Shown piece by piece: positions 1 to 9,314 of a stretch of 64,000 bases of DNA. The notes under the pieces were generated by a model. That model did not search any database, was not told the DNA's origin, and worked only from the letters and a program-made list of their open reading frames with translations. Positions within the stretch are counted from its first letter, which is position 1. Each line of letters begins with the position of its first letter. The stretch is taken from assembly GCA_035063585.1 (NCBI GenBank), contig JAPSGB010000007.1, positions 1 to 64,000 of the forward strand, in the 5' to 3' direction. Origin of the DNA: Polyangiaceae bacterium. GTDB lineage: Bacteria > Myxococcota_A > Polyangia > Polyangiales > Polyangiaceae. The position numbers and the translations under genes are program-made.

Positions 1-207
1 CCCGTCCCGCCGCTGCCGCCAGCGCCACCCGTCCCGCCGCTGCCGCCAGCGCCACCCGTCCCGCCGCTGCCGCCAGCGCCACCCGTCCCGCCGCTGCCGC
101 CAGCGCCACCCGTCCCGCCGATGCCGCCAGCACCACCCGTGCCGCCAGCGCCACCCGTGCCGCCAGCGCCACCCGTGCCGCCAGCGCCACCCGTGCCGCC
201 AGCACCA
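1..207. repeat. Coding tandem repeats: 5 x 27 bp (1-135) then 4 x 18 bp (136-207)
   Basis: Unit CCCGTCCCGCCGCTGCCGCCAGCGCCA occurs 4 times exactly plus one variant. Unit CCCGTGCCGCCAGCGCCA occurs 3 times exactly plus one variant. They encode Gly-rich linkers on the minus strand. Confidence 0.95.
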
Positions 208-605
208 CCGCTGCCCGAGCTTCCGCCGCCGCCACCCGAGCCCGAGAGCCCGCCGGTGCCCCCGCCGCCACCGCCGGACGCACCTCCTGCGCCCGCAGCT
301 CCGGCCGTACCGGCGCCTCCGCTGGCTCCGCCCGCCCCAGAGGCGCCCGCGCCGCCGGCCGCGCCGCTGAAGCCAGCAGCCCCCGCGCTTCCCGAGGACC
401 CGCCGGCGCCGCCGCTGCCGCTCATGCCGCCGCTTGCGGAGCCGCCGCCACCGCTCATGCCGCCGCTACCCGGTGCCCCCGCGCCGGCGTCGGCGCCCGC
501 CGCGCCGCCCGTGCCAAATATGTCCTCGTTCGAGCCGCCGCACGCGGCGACGGTCACCGAGACGAGCGCGAAACAAGCAAGACTGCCCAGTCGAAATCGT
601 CGCAT
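1..605 (-). CDS. Gly/Ser/Ala/Thr-rich lipoprotein, N-terminal part; runs off the window start
   Basis: Not in the ORF track because there is no stop in the window. Manual translation from ATG 605 gives MRRFRLGSLACFALVSVTVAAC-GGSNEDIFGTGG, a signal peptide with lipobox, followed by (GGAGGT/GGAGGSGGT)n. SD-like GGAGGG lies at 613-618 on the minus strand. Confidence 0.85.
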   Translation of the reverse strand, partial: MRRFRLGSLACFALVSVTVAACGGSNEDIFGTGGAAGADAGAGAPGSGGMSGGGGSASGGMSGSGGAGGSSGSAGAAGFSGAAGGAGASGAGGASGGAGTAGAAGAGGASGGGGGGTGGLSGSGGGGGSSGSGGAGGTGGAGGTGGAGGTGGAGGTGGAGGIGGTGGAGGSGGTGGAGGSGGTGGAGGSGGTGGAGGSGGT

Positions 606-691
606 CGAAAGACCCTCCGGTTCGCTCAGTAAACCACGCCTTTCCGGGTGTGAACAGGCCGCGCGAAAAACTCGGGTCGGGCCGCACGCTG

Positions 692-2239
692 CTAGCCGAG
701 CGGTCCGACCCGCGCCTCGACCGCCTCGATGAGCGCCCCCGACTCGATGAGCTCGACCGCTCGCGCGATGTCCCGGTAGAGCGCGCGATCGTCGTCGAGG
801 GTCGGGACCACGCGCCGCACGGCGGCGTGAGCCGCTGCGACGCCGCCGCCCGGCACGAGCGGCGCCCGCTGATCGAGGCCCTGCGCGGCGGTGAGGAGCT
901 CGATGGCGAGGCTGCGTCGCACGTTCTCGACCACGGCGACGAGCTTCTTCGCGCCGATGCTGCCCATGCTCACATGATCTTCCTTGCCGGCGCTCGACGG
1001 GATCGAGTCCACGCTCGACGGGTGGCAGAGCACCTTGTTCTCACTCACCAGCGCGGCGCTCACCACCTGCGCGATCATGAAGCCGCTGTTCAGCCCGCTC
1101 TGCCGCGCGAGGAACGGCGTGAGCCCGCTCGAGAGCGCGGGGTTCACCAGCTGCTCGACGCGCCGCTCGCTCACGTTGCCGAGTTCGGCGAGCGCGATGG
1201 CGGCGAGGTCGAGCGCGAAGGCGACCGGCTGACCGTGGAAGTTGCCGCCGCTCACGATGTCGGCGTGACCGGCCGCGTCGACGAACACGCTCGGGTTGTC
1301 GGTCGCGCTGTTCATCTCGCGCGTGACGACCTCGCACGCCCATCCGAGCGCGTCGCGGGAGGCGCCGTGCACCTGAGGCATGCAGCGGAGCGAGTACGGA
1401 TCCTGCACCTTCCCGCAGTCCTTGTGACTCTCCATGATGTCGCTGTCGGCGAGGAGCGTGCGCAGGTTCGACGCGACCCTCGCCTGCCCCGGGTGCGGCC
1501 GGAGCTGCATCAAGCGGTCTTCGAACGGGTGAGCGGAGCCCTTGAGCGCCTCGAGGCTCATCGAGCCGGCGATGTCCGCGACCACAGAGAGCCTCCTCGC
1601 GTCAGCCAGGCTGAGCGCGCCGGACGCGGTCATGTATTGCGTCCCGTTGATGAGCGCGAGCCCCTCCTTGGCCGCGAGCTCGAGCGGCGCGATGCCGGCG
1701 CGCGCGAGCGCGTCGCCCGCCGTGAGCAGCTCACCTCCGTAGCGCGCCTCACCCTCCCCGATGAGCGCGAGCGCGAGGTGCGCGAGCGGAGCGAGATCCC
1801 CCGAGGCGCCCACCGAGCCCTGGCTCGGCACGCGCGGCGTGACGCCCCGCTCGAGCATCGCGAGCAGGCGTTCGACCACCGCGCGGCGCACGCCCGAGTG
1901 CCCGAGCGCCAGCGTCTGCGCGCGCAGGAGCAGCATACCGCGCACGATGTCGTTCGGGAGGTCCGGACCAACGCCGGTCGCGTGGCTCCGCACGAGGTTC
2001 TGCTGGAGGCGGCGCACGTCGTCGGCGCCGATCCGCGTCTCGCTGAGCGCGCCGAAGCCGGTGTTCACGCCGTAGACGCGCGGCGCCTCGTCACCGGCGC
2101 GCGCGATGCCTTCGACTGCTTCCCGCGAACGCTCGATAGCCGCCGCGGCTCCCGCGTCGAGCGTGACGCCGCGACCTCGACGCGCGACGTCCTCCAGATC
2201 GGACAAGCCGAGCGCTCGGCCCAACCAGATGGGTTCCAC
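692..2239 (-). CDS. hutH: Histidine ammonia-lyase
   Basis: [12 protein letters not shown]-forming [42 protein letters not shown] and KEDHVSMG. Confidence 0.96.
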   Translation of the reverse strand: MEPIWLGRALGLSDLEDVARRGRGVTLDAGAAAAIERSREAVEGIARAGDEAPRVYGVNTGFGALSETRIGADDVRRLQQNLVRSHATGVGPDLPNDIVRGMLLLRAQTLALGHSGVRRAVVERLLAMLERGVTPRVPSQGSVGASGDLAPLAHLALALIGEGEARYGGELLTAGDALARAGIAPLELAAKEGLALINGTQYMTASGALSLADARRLSVVADIAGSMSLEALKGSAHPFEDRLMQLRPHPGQARVASNLRTLLADSDIMESHKDCGKVQDPYSLRCMPQVHGASRDALGWACEVVTREMNSATDNPSVFVDAAGHADIVSGGNFHGQPVAFALDLAAIALAELGNVSERRVEQLVNPALSSGLTPFLARQSGLNSGFMIAQVVSAALVSENKVLCHPSSVDSIPSSAGKEDHVSMGSIGAKKLVAVVENVRRSLAIELLTAAQGLDQRAPLVPGGGVAAAHAAVRRVVPTLDDDRALYRDIARAVELIESGALIEAVEARVGPLG

Positions 2240-2324
2240 GACCGCAGGCTATAGCAGCAGGCGCTGCAGCGAGGCGCACGATTGCTTTGGACTCCCGCCG
2301 GCGACAGAACTACTCTGCCGGCCC

Positions 2325-4007
2325 GTGGGCCGTAAATTCTCGGTATTTCATTCGCTCCTCGTGCCCTCCGCTCTGCTCGCCGCGGGGCTCTCGTGGTCGC
2401 CCGCGTCCCGAGCGCAGCCCGTCGCCGACGGCGAGCCGCGGACCGTGCCGCCGCCGCCGCCGCCGTCGGACCAGGCGGCCGGCACCGCCTTCGAATCGCG
2501 CTTGGTGCTCGACACGGGCCGCGCCCCGGTGAAGCCTCCCGCGTCGGACCTGCTCGAGTTTCAGATCCACGGCGAGTATCAGGTCCGCGCCTACGCGCTC
2601 ACCGACCTGCCGCTCGCGCCGTTCGGTCTCGCGCCCGACAGCGCGCACCTCGGACAAACGGTGCGCGTGCTGCACTGGCTCCGACTCACGCCGCGCCTCG
2701 ACGTCGGAGCGAAGCTCGCCGTGGTCGCGCAGCTCGACGTTCCGAGCGGGTTCTTCGCGGGGCAGGAGACGCTCCATGTCGACGCGGCAGACGAGCCCTA
2801 CGACCAGCGCAACCCGCTCCGGCTCGCGCCGCGCTGGCTCTACCTCGACTGGAAGAGCCCGATCGGGCTCTTCCGCGTCGGCCAGCAGCCGTCGCACTGG
2901 GGGATGGGCATCATCGCCAACGACGGCGATCACCCGCGCGTGTTCGGCGATTATCGAGGCGGCTCGCGCGTCGAGCGGCTCCTCTTCGCGACCCGCCCCG
3001 GCGGCGAGTCCTCGCCGTTCAACGTCGCGGTCGCTGGGGATCTCGTGTTCAAGGATCAGAACGCCGATCTGCTCGACGGCGAGCGCGCCTGGCAGGGGGT
3101 GGTGGCTGCATTCTACGAGAACCGTAAGGAGGACATGGTCGGCCTCTACGGGGTCTATCGTCATCAGACGCGTGACGGCGCGAACGCCCCCGGCTTCACC
3201 GAGAAGCTCGAGGTGTGGGGCGTCGACTCGTCCGGGCGCTATAGCCAGAAGATCCCGGGTGACCTCGGCCACGTGTTCGGCGAGTACGAGGTCGCGTATC
3301 TGTTCGGCTCGACCGACTTCGTTCGAACGGTCGCGCAGACCTCGGGTAACGAGCGCGAGCGCCTGAGCCAGCTCGGCGCGGCCGCGCGGCTCGGCGCGGT
3401 GCTCACCTCCGGCGCGGGCGATGAGCGCTTCGGGCGCTTCGTCAGCTCGCTCGAGTGGGGCTACGCCTCCGGAGACGCGGACCCGAACGACGGCACCACG
3501 CGCCGGTTCACCTTCGACCCGAACCACACCGTCGGGCTCATCTTGTTCAGCGAAGCGCTCGCCTGGAAGACGGCGCGCGCCGCCTCGGCGGCGCAGGATC
3601 CGAGGCTCGTCGCTCGCCCCAACCCGGGCACCGATCTCTTGCCGAGCAACGGCGGGGTCTTTGGCGCGACCTACCTCAACCCGACCTTCATCGTTCGCCC
3701 CGTGCGCCAGCTCGATCTCAAGGCCGGGGCGGTGTTGGCGCAGACGACCGCGGACTTCGTCGATCCGGTGCGGCTCGGCACCACCGGGCAGTTCCGCAAC
3801 TACGACGGCGGCAGCGCCCGAAGCCGCGATCTCGGGCTCGAGCTCGACCTCGGCGTCGAGTACCGGCTGGCGCTCGAGCACGGAATGACGCTCCAACTCG
3901 GCGCGCAAGGCGGCGCGCTCTTTCCCGGCGGCGCGTTCGACGACGCGAGCGGCAACGGGCTCGGCACCCAATACCTCGGCGTCGGCCGCCTGGGTCTTCA
4001 GTACTGA
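2325..4007 (+). CDS. Outer-membrane beta-barrel protein (TIGR04551/alginate-export-like)
   Basis: Signal peptide ending ASRA-QP and a Pro-rich linker. Motifs GQQPSHWGMGIIANDG, EWGYASGD and FTFDPNH; terminal beta-strand GRLGLQY. Start moved to GTG 2325 because the track start overlaps hutH and TACTCT lies 8 nt upstream. Confidence 0.75.
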   Translation: MGRKFSVFHSLLVPSALLAAGLSWSPASRAQPVADGEPRTVPPPPPPSDQAAGTAFESRLVLDTGRAPVKPPASDLLEFQIHGEYQVRAYALTDLPLAPFGLAPDSAHLGQTVRVLHWLRLTPRLDVGAKLAVVAQLDVPSGFFAGQETLHVDAADEPYDQRNPLRLAPRWLYLDWKSPIGLFRVGQQPSHWGMGIIANDGDHPRVFGDYRGGSRVERLLFATRPGGESSPFNVAVAGDLVFKDQNADLLDGERAWQGVVAAFYENRKEDMVGLYGVYRHQTRDGANAPGFTEKLEVWGVDSSGRYSQKIPGDLGHVFGEYEVAYLFGSTDFVRTVAQTSGNERERLSQLGAAARLGAVLTSGAGDERFGRFVSSLEWGYASGDADPNDGTTRRFTFDPNHTVGLILFSEALAWKTARAASAAQDPRLVARPNPGTDLLPSNGGVFGATYLNPTFIVRPVRQLDLKAGAVLAQTTADFVDPVRLGTTGQFRNYDGGSARSRDLGLELDLGVEYRLALEHGMTLQLGAQGGALFPGGAFDDASGNGLGTQYLGVGRLGLQY

Positions 4008-4022
4008 TCGAGGAGACGCGAC

Positions 4023-7000
4023 GTGATGCTCATCCGAACCAAGCTCATTGCGCCGATGGCGCTGGCCCTCGCCTGCGGCGCCCTCGGCTGCTCGTCCGGC
4101 GACGCCCCGGAGGGTCTGGCGCGAACGCCCTCCGGCGATGGTCCGACCGTCAACTTCGACCTCTATCACCAGCCGCTCCCCGAGATCCCGCTGCCGAACG
4201 ACGCCGCCATGTGGCCGGACCCGACCAGCCGCACCGGGCTGCGGATCAACTCGAGCGTGGTCGCGCCGACCTCGCTCGAGTCGGTGCTCAGGAAGAAGCT
4301 CGACACGCTGGAGGGGTGGGGCACCTTCGCGCCCATCACGGTCAGCTTCCGCAAGAAGGACCCGAACGACCCCCGCGCCGCCATCGATCTATCGAACGTG
4401 CTCGCGCGACACCGCCGCGGCCAGGGCGGCGCCGACGGTGGCGCCAGCATGGGCGCGTACGATCCCGCTGACGACGTCGTCTACCTCGTCAACCTGAGGA
4501 CCGGGATCCCGGTCCCGCTCGACCTCGGACAAGGCGCTTTTCAGTACATCATCCCGCGCAAGGACAAGTACTGGCGCAATGACACGCGCGTCACCGAGGA
4601 GACGCTGCTCTGGGAGACGGCGGACGAGACCGTCGATCCGCTCACCGGGCAGCGCGATCCGGCGCGCACCGGCTACCGCCCCGAGTACGACACCGACTTC
4701 GACGGGGTGCTCGATCGGCCGAACCTGCTCGACCCGACGGGCTGCCCGAACCAGGTCGAGGTCGCCGGCGACGCCGCCAAGACGCTCGCTCGCGATCAGT
4801 GCATCGCGGACAACCTGCTCACCTGGTACGAGCGGCAGTCCGACACGCTCATCATCCGTCCGCTCATCCCGCTCGAGCAGAAGACCGAGTACGCGGTCGT
4901 GCTCACCGATCGCCTGGTGGATCCGGACGGTAGCCCGATCCGCTCCCCCTTCGACACCACCTATTACCCGGCCCAAGAGCCCCAGATGGCGCGGCTCCGC
5001 ACCATCCTCTCGAGCTCGGACCCGGAGAAATCCGGCTATTTCGGCGATCTCGCCGGCTCCGGCCTCGCGCACGTGGCGTTTGCCTGGACGTACACCACCG
5101 AGCCCGTCCAGGAGGATCTGGTGACGATCCGCGACGGCCTGTACGGTCAGGGCCCGCTCGCGCGCCTCGCCAAGGATTTCCCGGCGCACGCCGAGATCGC
5201 GCGCGCCGTCGGGCTCGTCGACTCCGAGGCGCTCGCCGCCGGCGCCGAGGAGCCGGCGGACTGGAAGACGCGCCCTGCCTGCGCAGGCAAGGTCGAGAAC
5301 TACCGAATCCTGAAGCTCGATCAATTGCAGGGCACGCTCGCGAGCCTGGTAAACCAGGGCTTCGGGCTCAAGGGCCCGTCGGCGCAGGCGATCCTCGACT
5401 CGTTCGAGAGCATCGACTACTTCGTCGCGGGCTCGTTCCGCTCGCCGTGGCTCATCGAAGGCGGCCCTGACAACAACGACCCGAACGCCTCGTTCCAGAT
5501 CGATTTTCGAACCGGCGAAGGGAAGGTGTCGAGCGACGAAGTACAGTTCGTGGTCGCAGTACCCAAGCCGACCGCTGGACACGCGCAGCCATTCCCGGTC
5601 GCGTACTACGCGCACAGCTATACGAGCGGAAACTTCGAGATGCTCGGCTTCGCAGGGTATCTGGCCCAGCAAGGCATCGCCTCGGTGAGCATGAACGCCG
5701 TGTCGCACGGGCTCGAGCTCGAGCAAGCGACCTACGACATCGCCCACAACCTCTTCACCTCGGCCTGCGAGGGTCCGTTCGGCAGCGCGTTCCTCAGCGG
5801 CCGCATGAAGGACCTCGACAACGACGGCAAGCCCGAGAGCGGCGGCGACTACTGGACGGCGTATCTCTTTCACACCCGCGACGTGGTCCGCCAGACGGTC
5901 ACCGACTCCTTGCAGATGTTCCGGATCTTCAAGAGCTTCGACGGCAAGCGCCGGGACATCCACCAGGCGCACGAGGGCGACGAGGAGTCGCTCGCCGGCG
6001 ATTTCGACGGCGACGGGACGCCCGACATCGGCGGCCCCGACAACCCCTACTTCGCCTGGGGCCAGTCGCTCGGCGGCATCATCTCGCCCTTCCTCGTCGC
6101 GCTCGATCCCGACGTGGTGGCGGGCGTGCCGGGCTCCGGCGCGGGCGGGCTCATGGACGTCGGCTCACGCACCATCAACGGCGGCGCCTTCGAGGGCATC
6201 TTCCTCAGGGAGTTCGGCCCGCTCGCCGAGGGCGTCCCGCTCTCCGAGCTCGGCTCCGCGCCCACCTCATGCACGGACGGCGAGGTGAGCCTCCGCTTCC
6301 AGCTCATCAACGTGAACCGCACCGGAGACGTCGAGTTCGGGTGCTTCAACCCGGTGAAGAGCACCGAGGGCGACGGCCTCCCCGCCGGCGCGACCGTGCT
6401 CATCACCAACGCGAAGAACGGCAAGATCCGCTGCGCTCGCATGGACAAGGACGGCCGGTTCCGCATCGGCGTCCCCACCAGCGTGGGCGACAAGCTCGAG
6501 GTGCAGATCTGGGACAAGCCGGACGCCATCGACACCTATGACGGGGACCACGGCTGTAACATCGACCCGGCGCGCGGCGCGAAGCGCATCGCGCTCATCA
6601 ACACCTGGGGTCGCGGCGTCATGGGGGTAGGCTCGGAGGATCCGACCGGGCGCGTGGAGGGCTCGGTGTGCGACGAGCCCGACGGCTGCACCCCCTTCCA
6701 AGGGCGATACATCCCCGCGCACAGCCCGCTCACGGCGCTCGTGGACGGCCTCGGCCTCATCCGCCAGACGCCCGACGTTCGCCGCTTCTGGACGCTCGCC
6801 GGCAACGTGGTCGACCCGGGCGACCCCATCAACTACGTTCGCTATTACGCGCTCGACCCGCTCCCCGATCCCTGGGGGAAGCCCCAGCCGCCGAAGGGAG
6901 TCATCAACTTCGTCACCGTGGGCGATCCCGACGTCCCCTTGAACGCGGGCGTCAGCCTCGGGCGCGCTGCCGGCGCGGTCCCCTTCCTTGCCCCTGACGC

Positions 7001-7766
7001 TGCGACGCGTTATCCCGCCTGGGCCGACTACGCCACGCCCGACGCGCTCTATCAGCAGCTCGGCGGCAACACCCCCCAGGACATCTACGTCGATCGCCAC
7101 GTGCTCGAGGGCGAGTCGCGGCTGTTCCGCGAGTCGCCGCCAGCCGGCACCTGCCAGTCGAACGAGGTGCCCATCACCGCCGCGGACACCACCTGTCACC
7201 CGAACTGCTCCCCGGGCGGCGACACCTCGGCCTGCCTCAGCGACGACAGCGCGGGCTCCGAGCGCCAGTACTGCAACGCCAGCGGCCGTTGCACGCAGAA
7301 CCCGCTACCCGACACGCCGCAGCTGGCCGACAAGTGCCGCGGCACGCTCTTCGATCCGGACTGGCTCGGCGAAGGACATGATCTCTGGGGCCAGTCGCAC
7401 CCGTCCATCCCGGTCCGCTCCGCGCGCGTCGCCGCGCCGGTCGGCGCGGGTGACCTCTCGGAGCGCTGGGCTCCGCGCCTCATGGGCACGCCGGCCGCGC
7501 CCGACACGGCGGGCTGGACGGCCGATCAGCGCGTCCTCGCCCAGCTCTTCGTCTACGTCAACCCGACCGGCGACCACGGCTTCGACACGGTCGATCCGTG
7601 CCAGAACTTCCAGGTTCATCGCTACATGCCGAGCCTCATCGCGCGATTTTTCGCGACGCGCGGCGCGGACGTGTACTACCTGTCCCACCCGTCGAGCCAC
7701 CGCTGTCTCGACCGCCCGCTCGGCAAGGGCGCGTGCTCCTTCGTGCTCCCGCCGAGCGGACCCTGA
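4023..7766 (+). CDS. Large lipoprotein with Ig-like/lipase-N-type N-terminus and alpha/beta-hydrolase domain
   Basis: Lipobox ALGC; N-terminal IPLPND...LEGWGTFAPI. Nucleophile elbow GQSLGG, candidate Asp (VGDPDVP) and His (GDHGF). DxDxDG loops and many Cys pairs. SD GAGGAG. Confidence 0.75.
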   Translation: MMLIRTKLIAPMALALACGALGCSSGDAPEGLARTPSGDGPTVNFDLYHQPLPEIPLPNDAAMWPDPTSRTGLRINSSVVAPTSLESVLRKKLDTLEGWGTFAPITVSFRKKDPNDPRAAIDLSNVLARHRRGQGGADGGASMGAYDPADDVVYLVNLRTGIPVPLDLGQGAFQYIIPRKDKYWRNDTRVTEETLLWETADETVDPLTGQRDPARTGYRPEYDTDFDGVLDRPNLLDPTGCPNQVEVAGDAAKTLARDQCIADNLLTWYERQSDTLIIRPLIPLEQKTEYAVVLTDRLVDPDGSPIRSPFDTTYYPAQEPQMARLRTILSSSDPEKSGYFGDLAGSGLAHVAFAWTYTTEPVQEDLVTIRDGLYGQGPLARLAKDFPAHAEIARAVGLVDSEALAAGAEEPADWKTRPACAGKVENYRILKLDQLQGTLASLVNQGFGLKGPSAQAILDSFESIDYFVAGSFRSPWLIEGGPDNNDPNASFQIDFRTGEGKVSSDEVQFVVAVPKPTAGHAQPFPVAYYAHSYTSGNFEMLGFAGYLAQQGIASVSMNAVSHGLELEQATYDIAHNLFTSACEGPFGSAFLSGRMKDLDNDGKPESGGDYWTAYLFHTRDVVRQTVTDSLQMFRIFKSFDGKRRDIHQAHEGDEESLAGDFDGDGTPDIGGPDNPYFAWGQSLGGIISPFLVALDPDVVAGVPGSGAGGLMDVGSRTINGGAFEGIFLREFGPLAEGVPLSELGSAPTSCTDGEVSLRFQLINVNRTGDVEFGCFNPVKSTEGDGLPAGATVLITNAKNGKIRCARMDKDGRFRIGVPTSVGDKLEVQIWDKPDAIDTYDGDHGCNIDPARGAKRIALINTWGRGVMGVGSEDPTGRVEGSVCDEPDGCTPFQGRYIPAHSPLTALVDGLGLIRQTPDVRRFWTLAGNVVDPGDPINYVRYYALDPLPDPWGKPQPPKGVINFVTVGDPDVPLNAGVSLGRAAGAVPFLAPDAATRYPAWADYATPDALYQQLGGNTPQDIYVDRHVLEGESRLFRESPPAGTCQSNEVPITAADTTCHPNCSPGGDTSACLSDDSAGSERQYCNASGRCTQNPLPDTPQLADKCRGTLFDPDWLGEGHDLWGQSHPSIPVRSARVAAPVGAGDLSERWAPRLMGTPAAPDTAGWTADQRVLAQLFVYVNPTGDHGFDTVDPCQNFQVHRYMPSLIARFFATRGADVYYLSHPSSHRCLDRPLGKGACSFVLPPSGP

Positions 7767-7801
7767 GGCGCCGGGGTGTTGGCGCGGCGCGGAATCACGA
7801 G

Positions 7802-8323
7802 ATGAGGTACTTCGTCACCATCGATGACGTCGAGCGCACGGTCGACGTCGAGGAGCTGCCCGGCGGCGGGTTCGACGTTCGTCTGGTCGACGAGAGCGGC
7901 GCGCGCCAGCCGGCGCTCGACGTCGACGTGGTCGCGCGCGGCGGCCTCTTGAACCTGCGGATCTCGGGCCAGGTGATCGATCTGGTGGTCGACGGCGCTC
8001 CGCCGACGCTCGACGTCTATGCGAGCGGACACCGCGCGACGCTCACCGTGGAGAGCGCGCGCATGCGGGCCGCGGCGGCGGTGCGCGGCGCGCGTGCGGG
8101 CGGCAGCACGACGGGCGCCGTGCTCTCGCCGATGCCCGGAAAGATCGTGAAGCTCCTGGTCGCGGAGGGGGCCGAGGTCGCGGTCGGTACGCCGCTCGTC
8201 GTCGTCGAGGCGATGAAGATGGAAAATGAGCTCTCGGCCGAGCGCGCCGGCATCGTCAAGGAAGTCCACGTGGCACCCGGCGACAACGTCGACGGCGGCG
8301 CGCGCCTCATCACCATCTCCTGA
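7802..8323 (+). CDS. Biotin carboxyl carrier protein (acyl-CoA carboxylase subunit)
   Basis: MRYFVTID N-terminus; SPMPGKIV and biotinylation motif EAMKMEN. ATG 7802 is in frame with track ORF 7598..8323. Confidence 0.9.
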   Translation: MRYFVTIDDVERTVDVEELPGGGFDVRLVDESGARQPALDVDVVARGGLLNLRISGQVIDLVVDGAPPTLDVYASGHRATLTVESARMRAAAAVRGARAGGSTTGAVLSPMPGKIVKLLVAEGAEVAVGTPLVVVEAMKMENELSAERAGIVKEVHVAPGDNVDGGARLITIS

Positions 8324-9309
8324 TGCCGCCTCGCCTTCGTCTCGCGCACCTGCCCACGCCGCTCTGGCGGAGCGACGCGCTCGACGCCCTCATCGGCGCC
8401 GAGGTGTGGGTCAAGCGCGACGACATGACCGCCGGTGCAGCGGCGGGAAACAAGATCCGCAAGCTCGAGTACCTCCTCGCCGAGGCTCAGGCGAAGCGCG
8501 CCACGCACGTCATCACCTGCGGTGCGGTGCAGTCGAACCACGCCCGCGCGACGGCCGTCACGGCCGCCTCGCTCGGCCTGAAGAGCCTCCTCCTCCTCCG
8601 CACCACCCGGAGCCCCAGCGCGCCGCACGCGCCGGTCGGAAACCTGCTCATCGATCGCCTGGTCGGCGCGGAGACGCGCTTCATCACCCCCGCCGAGTAT
8701 CGCGAGCGGAGCGCGCTCATGGAGCAAGCCGCCAGCGCGCTCGCCGCGACCGGCGCGCGACCGTACGTCATCCCCGAGGGCGGCTCGAACGGCCTCGGCG
8801 CGCTCGGCTACGTCGAGTGTCTGCGCGAGGTCCGCGCGCAGCTCGAGCTCGGCCTGGGCGGCGGCCCAGCGCCCTTCGACGCGGTCGTTCACGCCTGCGG
8901 CTCCGGCGGCACCGCCGCGGGCGTCGCGCTCGGCGCGCGGCGCTTCGGGGTCGCGCCCGTCGTCCACGCGATGGCGGTGTGCGATGATCGCGCCACCTTC
9001 GAGGCGAGCACCGGCCGCATCATCCTCGAGGCGACTCGGCTCGCCCCCTCTGCCGGTCCGCTCGCCGACCTCGTCATCCACGACGCTTGGAAGGGGCCCG
9101 CCTACGGCGTCCCGAGCGACGCCCAGAAGCGCTTCATCGTCGAGGTCGCCCGGCGCACCGGGCTCATCGTCGACCCCGTCTATTCGGGCAAGGCGCTCTT
9201 CGCGCTCGCGCACCTCGAGCCGAAGCCGGCGCGGGTGCTCTTCATCCACACCGGCGGCCTGCCCGGACTGCTCGCCGAGAGCGAGCTCTTCGGCGACGCG
9301 CTCGGCTGA
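8323..9309 (+). CDS. D-cysteine desulfhydrase / ACC deaminase family PLP enzyme
   Basis: KRDD, GNKIRKLEY, QSNH, PEGGSN, GSGGT, DPVYSGK, FIHTGG. TGATG overlap with the upstream gene. Confidence 0.92.
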   Translation: MPPRLRLAHLPTPLWRSDALDALIGAEVWVKRDDMTAGAAAGNKIRKLEYLLAEAQAKRATHVITCGAVQSNHARATAVTAASLGLKSLLLLRTTRSPSAPHAPVGNLLIDRLVGAETRFITPAEYRERSALMEQAASALAATGARPYVIPEGGSNGLGALGYVECLREVRAQLELGLGGGPAPFDAVVHACGSGGTAAGVALGARRFGVAPVVHAMAVCDDRATFEASTGRIILEATRLAPSAGPLADLVIHDAWKGPAYGVPSDAQKRFIVEVARRTGLIVDPVYSGKALFALAHLEPKPARVLFIHTGGLPGLLAESELFGDALG

Positions 9310-9314
9310 GCACG

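Noticed and set aside
1..207. Repeat array as a possible CRISPR
   Set aside because: Units are head-to-tail with no unique spacers, lengths are multiples of 3, and no cas genes are present.
121..732. 203-aa Pro-rich plus-strand ORF
   Set aside because: Antisense shadow of the Gly-rich lipoprotein; the minus frame has the SD, signal peptide and lipobox.
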